Below, piece by piece: positions 7,019 through 13,728 of a stretch of 15,523 bases of DNA. This stretch comes from Syntrophaceae bacterium UBA6112 (lineage in GTDB: Bacteria > Desulfobacterota > Syntrophia > Syntrophales > UBA5619): contig DIWG01000022.1 of NCBI GenBank assembly GCA_002423465.1, positions 41,833-57,355 on the forward strand, given 5' to 3'. The stretch's first letter is position 1. Every line of letters starts with the position of its first letter. The notes beneath the pieces are model-generated. The model was not told where the DNA came from, ran no database searches, and saw only the letters and a list, made by a program, of their open reading frames with translations. Both the position numbers and the translations under genes were made by a program.

Positions 7019-8251
7019 GTGAACGAAACGCAGTGGCAAATTGAACAGGCCTGCCCCCAATGCGGGGCGCCGGTCACACTGGAGGAGACGGACCGGCTTC
7101 TCGCCTGCCCCTTCTGCCGGGTGAGGCTTTATCTCGCCCCGGAGCGAACCTTCCGCTACCTGATTCCACCGGCTTCCGGAGGGAAAGGCGAACTCTTCTA
7201 CATCCCCTACTGGCGCCTCCGAGGTTCTTGCTTCACCGTCGCCGCCCCCGGGATGACCAACCGCTTCGTCGATACACATGCTCTTGCCGCGGATATCCCG
7301 GATTTACCGCCTACCCTGGGTCTTCGGCCGCAGGTTCTCAAACTCCGCTTCGTTACCCCGGCCACGGAGGGAAAATTCCTCCCCGCAGACCGGACCGCCG
7401 AGCAGGCACTACCCGATCTGGGTAAGACACCGGGGGGCATTTTCTGCCGGATTTTTATCGGTGAAGCGGTCAGCCTGATTCATGCCCCGCTGCTTCTCCG
7501 GGGAGATACGCTCTACGACGCCATCCTGGGAAGAGCGGTTTCAACCGGCAATTTCGAGGATCTGGAACGTCCGCGCGCCTCGTCCTCCGCGCCGCCGGGT
7601 CAGGTCCATTTTATCCCGACCCTCTGCCCCGATTGCGGATGGGACATGGAAGGGGAAAGAGACTCGCTGGTTTTGCTTTGCCGGAACTGCAATTCGGCCT
7701 GGTCCTGTGCCGACCGGAACTTCGAAAAGGTGGCGTTCGCCTTGATGATTCCGCCGCCGGGATCGGAGGAGATCGCTATCCACCTCCCGTTCTGGCGGAT
7801 GAAGCCCCGATTCGAGGGGATCGATCTCGCCTCCTGGGCCGACCTGATCCGGATCGCAAACCTGCCGAAGGCGGTCACCCCCGCCTTGGAGGCGGCGCCT
7901 CTCTATTTCTGGTCGCCGGCCTTCAAGATCAACCCTGCCCTCTACGCCCGCTGGTCCCGTCAGATGACCATCTTCCGTCCGCTGGGCAGTGAGATCGATT
8001 GTCTCCCCGCCGGTTCCATCCATCCGGTCACTCTCCCTCCGGCCGAAGCGGCAGAAGGCATCATCATCAATCTCGCGCAGATGATCACGGATAGGCGAAA
8101 ACTCTATCCGAAACTTGCCGGCCTTCGGATCACGCTGGAAGAAGCCCGCCTGGAGTTCCACCCGTTTGTTCTCCATCACAATGAGTTCCTTCACGCCTCC
8201 CTTCGGGTCGTGATTGACCGAACCGCCCTCGCCTACGGCATCCGGATGTAA
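7019..8251 (+). CDS. Hypothetical protein, internally duplicated; each half starts with a CxxC-x13-15-CxxC zinc ribbon followed by a conserved IPPxxG…(Y/F)(I/L)P(Y/F)WR(L/M) block. GTG start 1 nt after the SPFH stop
   Basis: Half 1 is CPQCGAPVTLEETDRLLACPFCRVRLY…RYLIPPASGGKGELFYIPYWRL. Half 2 is CPDCGWDMEGERDSLVLLCRNCNSAW…ALMIPPPGSEEIAIHLPFWRM. The 6884 start in the ORF track would overlap the SPFH gene by 134 nt and encodes Arg-rich junk, so GTG 7019 (VNETQWQIEQACPQCG) is preferred. The first in-frame ATG lies after the first ribbon and would cut it. Confidence 0.7.
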   Translation: MNETQWQIEQACPQCGAPVTLEETDRLLACPFCRVRLYLAPERTFRYLIPPASGGKGELFYIPYWRLRGSCFTVAAPGMTNRFVDTHALAADIPDLPPTLGLRPQVLKLRFVTPATEGKFLPADRTAEQALPDLGKTPGGIFCRIFIGEAVSLIHAPLLLRGDTLYDAILGRAVSTGNFEDLERPRASSSAPPGQVHFIPTLCPDCGWDMEGERDSLVLLCRNCNSAWSCADRNFEKVAFALMIPPPGSEEIAIHLPFWRMKPRFEGIDLASWADLIRIANLPKAVTPALEAAPLYFWSPAFKINPALYARWSRQMTIFRPLGSEIDCLPAGSIHPVTLPPAEAAEGIIINLAQMITDRRKLYPKLAGLRITLEEARLEFHPFVLHHNEFLHASLRVVIDRTALAYGIRM

Positions 8252-8270
8252 CGAACCCTTCTCCATAAAG

Positions 8271-8308
8271 AATGATTGTCATTGCAGACCCCGTTTCTTT
8301 CAATCATT
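8271..8308 (+). promoter_or_regulatory. AT-rich dyad AATGATTG-N22-CAATCATT containing a Fur-box-like core (AATGATTGTCATT), overlapping a putative promoter: -35 TTGTCA (8276-8281), 17-nt spacer, -10 TTCAAT (8299-8304)
   Basis: By hand alignment, AAGAATGATTGTCATTGCA matches the classic Fur 19-mer GATAATGATAATCATTATC at 12 of 19 positions, with the AATGAT…CATT core intact. A second half-site-like AATCATTAC lies at 8302-8310. It sits upstream of the ABC transporter gene in an otherwise GC-rich context. Confidence 0.4.
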
Positions 8309-8459
8309 ACAAAATGAACGCATCGCGAGGGAAAGGGCGGATGGCGAAAAATTCCCTTGTCAGGAATGACCGAATCGATTAGAAAATACCGCTTTCGCAA
8401 CGCTTCCGGAAACGAAAAAAGGAATGGCAGAACGAATGATATCAGGAGAGGTCGGCGGA

Positions 8460-10193
8460 ATGAAAAAATTTGACAGGGAGTTCTTCCGGGGTTTCTGGGC
8501 GCTGGTTGCCCCTTACTGGTCGTCCGAACAGAAATGGGCGGCCTGGGGCCTGCTCGGCGTCGTCGTCGGCCTCAATCTGGGCCTCGTTTACATCAGCGTT
8601 GTCTTCAATCGCTGGATGAACGGCTTCTACAACGCCATCCAGGCTCTCGACAAGGCAAAGTTCGTCACATCCCTGTACGACTTCATCTGGATTGCCGGCG
8701 CCTTCATCGCCGTCGCCGTCTACATGCTCTACCTGAGCCAGATGCTCCAGATCCGCTGGCGGACCTGGCTGACGGAGCAATACCTGGACAAATGGCTGGC
8801 CCGCCAGACCTACTACCGCATCCAGGTCTTTGAACGGACCACGGACAACCCCGACCAGCGGATCAGCGAGGATATCAACGCGTTGGTGAACCTGACCCTG
8901 AATCTGGGTCTGGGTCTCCTCCGGGCGGTGGTGAGCCTGGCTTCCTTCGTCTTCATCCTCTGGGGGATCTCCGGCCCCCTGACGATCCCGCTGGGCGACA
9001 TGGGCGAACTGGTCGTTCCCGGGTACATGGTCTGGGCGGCGATTCTCTACGCCGTCGGCGGCACCTGGCTGACCATGCGCGTCGGCAGTCCGCTGGTCGG
9101 CCTGAATTTCAACCAGCAGAGACTGGAGGCGGATTTCCGATACAGCCTCGTCCGGCTGCGGGAAAACAGCGAAAGCGTGGCCATCTACGGGGGCGAGGCG
9201 CGGGAAAAAGCGGGCTTCATGCAGCGGTTCATGGCCCTCGTGGGCAACTTCCGCCGGATCATGCTCCGGCAGAAGCGCCTGACCTGGCTGACGAGCAGCT
9301 ACAACCAGTTGTCCGTCGTATTCCCTCTCCTGGTCGCGTCACCCCGTTTCTTTGCCGGCCAGATCCAGCTCGGCGGCCTGATGCAGATCGCCAATGCCTT
9401 CGGCGAAGTCCATCGGGCGCTTTCGTTCATCGTGGACAGCTTCGTGGGGATCGCCGAGTGGAAGGCCGTCGTGGAGCGCCTCATTGGATTTGCAGAGACG
9501 ATGCGGCGTGTGGATTCCTTGCGGGCATTGGAGAAGATCCGAATGACCCATTCCCGGGATGGAAAAGTCGAATTGAATCAACTGAATGTGCAATTGCCCA
9601 ACGGGAGGTTCCTCTCCCGGGATATCAACCTCTGCCTGAAACCGGGCGATTCGCTGGTCGTGACCGGCCCATCAGGGTGCGGGAAGAGCACCCTTCTGAG
9701 GGTGTTGGCGAACATCTGGCCATACGGTGAGGGAGAGGTCTGCATCCCCGGCGCCAAGGAGATGATGTTCCTGTCCCAGAAGCCCTATCTGCCCCTGGGG
9801 AGTTTGCGCGAGGCCCTCTTCTATCCTACAAATGTCGGAAACAACGACACAGCGGTCCAGGAAATTATGGAGTTGTGCGGTCTTTCCCATCTTCGGGACC
9901 ACATAGACGAGGAGGGCAACTGGTCCCAGACCCTCTCCCCGGGGGAACAGCAGCGGATCGCCTTCGCCCGGATCCTTTTTTTGAAACCGACCCACGTCTT
10001 TCTGGATGAAGCTTCGGCATCACTCGATGAAACGACGGAAGCGAGGCTCTATGGAATGCTGAAGGATCGCCTTCCGCAATCGATCCTGGTCAGCGTCGGA
10101 CACCGCAGCTCCATACTGAAATGGCATAGCCTGCACCTCGCGCTGAAGAGCGATGGGTCGTGGCAGTTCCGGAAGATGGCGGCGGCATTGTAA
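8460..10193 (+). CDS. Fused permease-ATPase ABC transporter of the YddA / SbmA-BacA / ABCD-like family (alternative upstream starts at 8424 and 8436)
   Basis: The N-terminal transmembrane domain has about 6 helices (…FWALVAPYWSSEQKWAAWGLLGVVVGLNL…). The C-terminal NBD has Walker A GPSGCGKST, the signature LSPGEQQRIAFARIL, and Walker B VFLDEASASLD. An AGGAGAG Shine-Dalgarno lies 9 nt before the ATG at 8460; the Shine-Dalgarno for 8424 is too close to that start. Confidence 0.88.
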   Translation: MKKFDREFFRGFWALVAPYWSSEQKWAAWGLLGVVVGLNLGLVYISVVFNRWMNGFYNAIQALDKAKFVTSLYDFIWIAGAFIAVAVYMLYLSQMLQIRWRTWLTEQYLDKWLARQTYYRIQVFERTTDNPDQRISEDINALVNLTLNLGLGLLRAVVSLASFVFILWGISGPLTIPLGDMGELVVPGYMVWAAILYAVGGTWLTMRVGSPLVGLNFNQQRLEADFRYSLVRLRENSESVAIYGGEAREKAGFMQRFMALVGNFRRIMLRQKRLTWLTSSYNQLSVVFPLLVASPRFFAGQIQLGGLMQIANAFGEVHRALSFIVDSFVGIAEWKAVVERLIGFAETMRRVDSLRALEKIRMTHSRDGKVELNQLNVQLPNGRFLSRDINLCLKPGDSLVVTGPSGCGKSTLLRVLANIWPYGEGEVCIPGAKEMMFLSQKPYLPLGSLREALFYPTNVGNNDTAVQEIMELCGLSHLRDHIDEEGNWSQTLSPGEQQRIAFARILFLKPTHVFLDEASASLDETTEARLYGMLKDRLPQSILVSVGHRSSILKWHSLHLALKSDGSWQFRKMAAAL

Positions 10194-10227
10194 ATACCCT
10201 GCGAAAGCCGCGAGGTCCCCCTGTGGC

Positions 10228-10250
10228 GACCGAAGCTTCCCGGTCTTTTG
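10228..10250 (+). terminator. Weak intrinsic terminator candidate downstream of the ABC transporter gene (GACCG-loop-CGGTC + TTTT)
   Basis: GACCGaagcttccCGGTCTTTTG: a 5-bp GC stem with an 8-nt loop and a 4-T run, 35 nt past the TAA stop. Confidence 0.3.
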
Positions 10251-10261
10251 CATCATTGGGG

Positions 10262-10290
10262 TTTCCCTTTTCCGGGAAATTGGATATAAT
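10262..10290 (+). promoter_or_regulatory. Putative promoter for the DUF169-ADH pair: consensus -10 TATAAT (10285-10290) preceded by the hairpin/dyad TTTCCC-ttttcc-GGGAAA (10262-10279), which occupies the -35 region
   Basis: ggTTTCCCttttccGGGAAAttggaTATAATcc is followed by the AGGAGGG Shine-Dalgarno and the ATG at 10333. The -35 match is poor (TTTCCC), which suggests activator or operator dependence. Confidence 0.4.
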
Positions 10291-10332
10291 CCTTTCGAAA
10301 ACTTGAATTTCAGACCGATCAGGAGGGCCTTC

Positions 10333-11181
10333 ATGGAAAGCAGCATCGCGCAAGCCATTGAGACAAAGCATTCCCCCATCGCCCTGCTCTGGACGGACGA
10401 AAAACCCGCAGGGGCGATGCAGTTCCTGGAGGGCAAATGGGGCTGCGTGATGTGGCTCGCCGCCGCCGCCGCCAAGGGAAGGCCCGCCGTCTGCGATGCG
10501 GCGACTTTCGGTTGCGTCGGCGGCGGCGTCGGGATGGGCTTCGGAGATTGTTATAAGAGTTTCCCCGGCAGCGAGGAGGGATTCTGCCACTTCCTCTCCT
10601 CCGGCAGCGAGGGATGGGCGGAAGGCCCTGCCGTGGCCGAGATGGTCAAACCCTTCCTGCGGGGCGAAGCCTACGACAACTTCATCCATGGCGAGCGTTA
10701 CATCCGTTCGCCGGAATTGGTGAAGCGCTTCCTCAAGGCGCTTCCCATCACGCAGATCCCGAAGCGCTACGTCGTCTTCCGGCCGCTCGCCGATATCGAT
10801 CCCAAAAACGAGACGCCACAGACAGTGATCTTCTTCGCCGACCCGGACGAGCTGTCGGCACTCGTCGTCCTGGCCAACTACAGCCGGGGCGACAACGAAA
10901 ACGTGATCATCCCCTACGCCGCCGGCTGCCAGACGATCGGCATCTACCCCTACCGCGAGGCAAAATCCGACCGACCCCGGGCCGTCGTGGGGCTGACCGA
11001 CCTTTCGGCGCGGGTCTGCATCCGCAAGCAACTCGGCGACAACCTCCTCAGTTTCGCCATGCCGTTTGCCCTGTTCCGGGAGATGGAGACGAACGTGGAG
11101 GGATCGTTCCTCCAACGCCACACCTGGCGGGAACTTCTCACGGCGAAACGGTCGGAACGGGAAAAGGAGAAAAAACGATGA
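10333..11181 (+). CDS. DUF169-like (COG2043) uncharacterized protein; the ORF-track start at 10153 overlaps the upstream gene and is rejected
   Basis: An AGGAGGG Shine-Dalgarno lies 5 nt before the ATG at 10333. The translation MESSIAQAIETKHSPIALLWTDEKPAGA…WGCVMWLAAAAAKGRPAVCDAATFGCVGGGVGMGF…PQTVIFFADPDELSALVVLANY…PYAAGCQTIGIYPY…AVVGLTDLSARVCIRK resembles the DUF169 pattern as recalled from memory. Its TGA stop overlaps the ATG of the next gene (ATGA). Confidence 0.6.
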   Translation: MESSIAQAIETKHSPIALLWTDEKPAGAMQFLEGKWGCVMWLAAAAAKGRPAVCDAATFGCVGGGVGMGFGDCYKSFPGSEEGFCHFLSSGSEGWAEGPAVAEMVKPFLRGEAYDNFIHGERYIRSPELVKRFLKALPITQIPKRYVVFRPLADIDPKNETPQTVIFFADPDELSALVVLANYSRGDNENVIIPYAAGCQTIGIYPYREAKSDRPRAVVGLTDLSARVCIRKQLGDNLLSFAMPFALFREMETNVEGSFLQRHTWRELLTAKRSEREKEKKR

Positions 11182-12167
11182 AAACAAAAAGCGCCTGTCT
11201 CACAGGTGTAGATCAGATCGAAGCCAGACAAAGGGAGCTCGCCGTCGGACCGGACGAGGTCCTGGTCAAGACCCACTTGGCCGGAATCTGCGGCCAGGAT
11301 AAGAACCTCTACCACGGGATCATCCCCCCCTCCGGCGGCCTGAATACGGAGATGCGCACCGCCTTTGCCTACCCCTATTTTCTGGGGCACGAAGGGGGCG
11401 GCACGGTCGTGGCCGTGGGCGGGCAGGTCCGCGGCCTTTCCGTGGGCGACCGGGTGATCTCCTTCGGTTGGATCGAGACGCTCTCGGAGTTTTTCAAAGG
11501 CAAGGAGGAAGACCTGCAGAAGGTCCCGGAAGGTATGGATATGGACCTGGCCTCTCTCGGCGAGCCGATCGGCTGCGCGGTCTTCTCGGGGTTGATGTCC
11601 AGAATCCAGTTCGGTGATGTCGTCGCCGTTTTCGGGATGGGTTTCGCCGGCCAGATCATGGCCCAGGTCGCCAAAGCCAAGGGGGCCTGGAAGGTGATCG
11701 GCGTCGACGTGGTGGACGGAAAGCTGGAACTCGCCAAAAAACTCGGCCTCGACCATGCCGTCAACGGGGCGAAGGAAGACCCCCTGCAGGCGGTGATGGC
11801 GTTCACGCACGGCCTCGGGGCCGACGTCGTCGTCGACATGGCCGGCTCGGCCGATTCCGTGAACCTCTGCACCGCCGCGGTCAAACACAATGGGATCATG
11901 GTCTTCTATAGCTGGATCACCCAGGACATCACCGTGAACATCTCCCGCTGGCACAACAACAGCCTGGAAGTGATCAACACGGGCCTCGTCCACCACGGGA
12001 TCATGCAGCGGACCCTCTGGACGCCGCTCGCCCTGCGGCCGGTCATGCAGGGCCAGTTGCAGCTCGAGCCTCTGATCACCCACCGGTTCCCGATCTCGCG
12101 GGTCGCGGAGGCTTTCGCCGTCGCCGCCAACGACCCCGCCGCGATCAAGGTCGTAATCGACTTTTAG
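11178..12167 (+). CDS. Zinc-dependent medium-chain alcohol/polyol dehydrogenase (MDR superfamily, threonine/sorbitol dehydrogenase-like); the ORF-track start at 10614 is rejected
   Basis: An AAGGAG Shine-Dalgarno lies 7 nt before the ATG at 11178. The catalytic-zinc motifs are GICGQDKNLYHG and FLGHEGGG. The Rossmann fold is VAVFGMGFAGQIMAQVAKAKGA. The structural-zinc Cys4 loop is absent. Confidence 0.88.
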   Translation: MKTKSACLTGVDQIEARQRELAVGPDEVLVKTHLAGICGQDKNLYHGIIPPSGGLNTEMRTAFAYPYFLGHEGGGTVVAVGGQVRGLSVGDRVISFGWIETLSEFFKGKEEDLQKVPEGMDMDLASLGEPIGCAVFSGLMSRIQFGDVVAVFGMGFAGQIMAQVAKAKGAWKVIGVDVVDGKLELAKKLGLDHAVNGAKEDPLQAVMAFTHGLGADVVVDMAGSADSVNLCTAAVKHNGIMVFYSWITQDITVNISRWHNNSLEVINTGLVHHGIMQRTLWTPLALRPVMQGQLQLEPLITHRFPISRVAEAFAVAANDPAAIKVVIDF

Positions 12168-12171
12168 GGTG

Positions 12172-12188
12172 GGGTGTTGAAAACACCT
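12172..12188. other. Small hairpin GGTGTT-gaa-AACACC immediately after the ADH stop, in the convergent intergenic region; possible weak bidirectional terminator
   Basis: A perfect 6-bp stem with a 3-nt loop is read directly. No U-run follows on either strand, so the terminator call is weak. Confidence 0.25.
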
Positions 12189-12324
12189 CACCGGACAGGA
12201 AAGGCTGTTCAAAAATGGTCGGATGCAAGGCGCGCAAAAACCGAAGAGCGAGGCGTATATCGAAATACGCTGAGCGATGAGGTTTGCAGCGCAACGCAGC
12301 AGATGAGCGTTTTTCAACGGCCTG

Positions 12325-13728
12325 TCAGCGGGAGCCGGCGAACCAGCTCTTGAGACGCGCGGGCCAGCGCAGGGGGCTCCGCAGGAACTGCCATGCGGTG
12401 TTCGCCGCCGCCAGGCTCTTGCCGTCCAGGACCGTCTCGCCGTAGACCTCCCGGTTGTAGGCGCCGATGATGAGATCGACAGGCGGTTTCAAGGCAGGGA
12501 AACGGCCGTTCAAACGCGTCCCGAACTCAAGGGGCGTCTCACCGCGATCGTTCTGAAAACCGCTGCGTCCGGCCCATGCCAGGAGTGCGCCGTAGAGTTC
12601 GGCCGCCTGGGGATAGCCCATGACGCCGTGAAAAATCTTCCTCCGAAGACCGGCCCAGAAAGCCCGCAGCGCCGCGAACCGCGCCGAAATCGGCGTCGCC
12701 CGGCGACCGCCCCCCTCGGTCCGGGAGAGAAGCCATTTCACAATAAAATAAAGAACGACGGCAGAGCCGACGACCAGTACGAGCAGCATCAGCCCCCAGA
12801 GCCCCCAGCCCAAGATCTTTTCCAGCCACGCCATCCACCAACTGGGCGTCTGCGGCACGATCTTGTCCAGATCTGCCAGAGGGGAGGAGGAGTTCATCGC
12901 AACCTCGGCAGGACGATTGCCGTGCGGTCCGAAGATAAAGCGCAGGATGGCGATCAATACCGGGACGAGCGGCCGGCCGGCCGCCGTGAGTGCGCGGTAT
13001 CCCACCTGCGCGGCCGCGGTCAGGCCGGGCAGGAAAAAGAGCAGCAGCCCTCCGGTGCCGAGAAGCACCGCCGCGAAAAAGCTCAGGATGACGCCGATCC
13101 CCCGGAACCCGGGGAGAAAGGCTTTCGTAGCGGCGCGGCCCCGCATACGGGCGATGCCGATCGACAGAAGGCCGAACAGGAAGAAGGGAAAAACGAAGAG
13201 GAGAGAGAGGGAATCCTCCGCCATCGCTTCCCCTTTGGTCAGGGCAACGAGTTTGATGATGAAGAGGGCAAAAAAGGCGCCGAGGCCGAGATCGAAGCGG
13301 TTGCAGGTGTGGAAATATCCCGTGTGCCTGCGGGCAAAAGCCACCCCCAATGCGCACAGGATCAGGATCAGCAGGAGATTCATCGAAAGGATGAGCCCTT
13401 CCGACAGATCCTGCGGACCCTCCCAAAACGCAGCGAGCCAGCCGCCCTGCAAAAGCGGATACGAATCGTAATAGATCCCATGGATCAGCAGCAAAGCGGC
13501 GCAGATCAAGCCGAGCATCCAGATCACCAGGACGCTCACGATCCGCCATCCCTTCCCCGTCGAGAAGCGGCCCACGAAAGCGGCCAGGGCAAAGGCGGCG
13601 ACGGTCTCGAAAAACGGGAAAGGGCGATGCATGGTCATCAGCGACAGGAACATGGCCCAGCCCAGAAACCAGCTCAGCTCCATGGCGCCGTTGGTGAGAT
13701 ACCAGAGCATCCCCTTGCGCGTAGCCAT
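12325..13728 (-). CDS. Polytopic membrane protein with C-terminal DUF4129-like domain (third gene of the MoxR-DUF58 cassette)
   Basis: The 467-aa translation has many hydrophobic helices. The C-terminal region …RGETPLEFGTRLNGRFPALKPPVDLIIGAYNREVYGE… resembles DUF4129. Its ATG (rc of 13726-13728) shares one nt with the TGA stop of the DUF58 gene. The competing ORFs 12539-13858(-) and 12628-13818(+) are Arg/Pro/Gly-rich shadows. Confidence 0.8.
   Translation of the reverse strand: MATRKGMLWYLTNGAMELSWFLGWAMFLSLMTMHRPFPFFETVAAFALAAFVGRFSTGKGWRIVSVLVIWMLGLICAALLLIHGIYYDSYPLLQGGWLAAFWEGPQDLSEGLILSMNLLLILILCALGVAFARRHTGYFHTCNRFDLGLGAFFALFIIKLVALTKGEAMAEDSLSLLFVFPFFLFGLLSIGIARMRGRAATKAFLPGFRGIGVILSFFAAVLLGTGGLLLFFLPGLTAAAQVGYRALTAAGRPLVPVLIAILRFIFGPHGNRPAEVAMNSSSPLADLDKIVPQTPSWWMAWLEKILGWGLWGLMLLVLVVGSAVVLYFIVKWLLSRTEGGGRRATPISARFAALRAFWAGLRRKIFHGVMGYPQAAELYGALLAWAGRSGFQNDRGETPLEFGTRLNGRFPALKPPVDLIIGAYNREVYGETVLDGKSLAAANTAWQFLRSPLRWPARLKSWFAGSR

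Noticed and set aside
8252-8459. Cobalamin riboswitch in the long leader of the BacA/YddA-like transporter (GTCAGGAATGACCG weakly resembles the B12-box)
   Set aside because: Only a partial B12-box-like match is present. The other conserved riboswitch segments are absent, and the match needs an indel. This should be settled by an Infernal/Rfam scan.
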